Of a stretch of 64,000 nt of DNA, positions 63,961 through 64,000 are shown piece after piece (the first letter of the stretch is position 1; each line of letters starts with the position of its first letter). A program made the translations under genes and the position numbers. The notes under the pieces are model-generated. The model had not been told where the DNA came from and ran no database searches. It saw only the letters and a program-made list of their open reading frames with translations. Origin of the DNA: Takakia lepidozioides (Eukaryota; Plantae; Bryophyta); the NCBI GenBank assembly GCA_030704615.1, contig CM060734.1, forward strand, positions 5,704,001-5,768,000, in the 5' to 3' direction.

Positions 63961-64000
63961 GTTTGTCCAATTCCAGACCCGTGTGGGCATTCCGTCTTGA

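Larger units (their letters stand above)
45378..64000 (+). mobile_element. MULE-like subfamily B, copy B2 (left TIR present; right end beyond window; interrupted by G1b)
   Basis: Begins GAGGTTTACTATTTCATGAGC, homologous to the A termini, with CATGAGC reiterations; then transposase (-), palindrome array and cargo (+). Confidence 0.9.

Overview
The window is a nested transposable-element cluster from a eukaryotic genome, most plausibly a non-seed land plant or streptophyte alga. This is inferred from GT-AG introns, tRNA-iMet-primed chromoviruses and many C>T-derived stop codons. No host gene is recognisable. (1) There are four copies of a 10-12 kb Mutator-type DNA transposon in two subfamilies: A at 1-4830 and 14364-24347, B at ~38777-45150 and 45378->64000. 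They share GAGGTT(A/T)RCTATTTCATGAGC termini, and A2 has an 8-bp TSD. Two genes are transcribed divergently: a GCM-domain/MULE-DDE/SWIM transposase, and an intron-containing cargo gene fusing a ParB/Srx-like domain (WDGNHR) to a beta-class amino-DNA-methyltransferase-like domain (DIPDG ... LDLxCGxG). Their non-coding parts are packed with subfamily-specific 22-bp palindromes. (2) An older, very divergent element C (~6920-27330) carries the same ParB-like + MTase-like architecture and its own 16-bp palindrome. (3) A Ty3/Gypsy chromovirus family is present as a partial copy, a solo LTR and a near full-length copy. (4) A second Ty3/Gypsy element encodes a C5 cytosine methyltransferase between protease and RT. 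All coding sequences show frameshifts, stops or deletions. The most notable observation is the recurrent pairing of a ParB-MTase-like cargo with a cognate palindrome array, a candidate parS/ParB-like self-recognition or anti-silencing system in eukaryotic transposons. Domain assignments are by eye from motifs, with no database searches.
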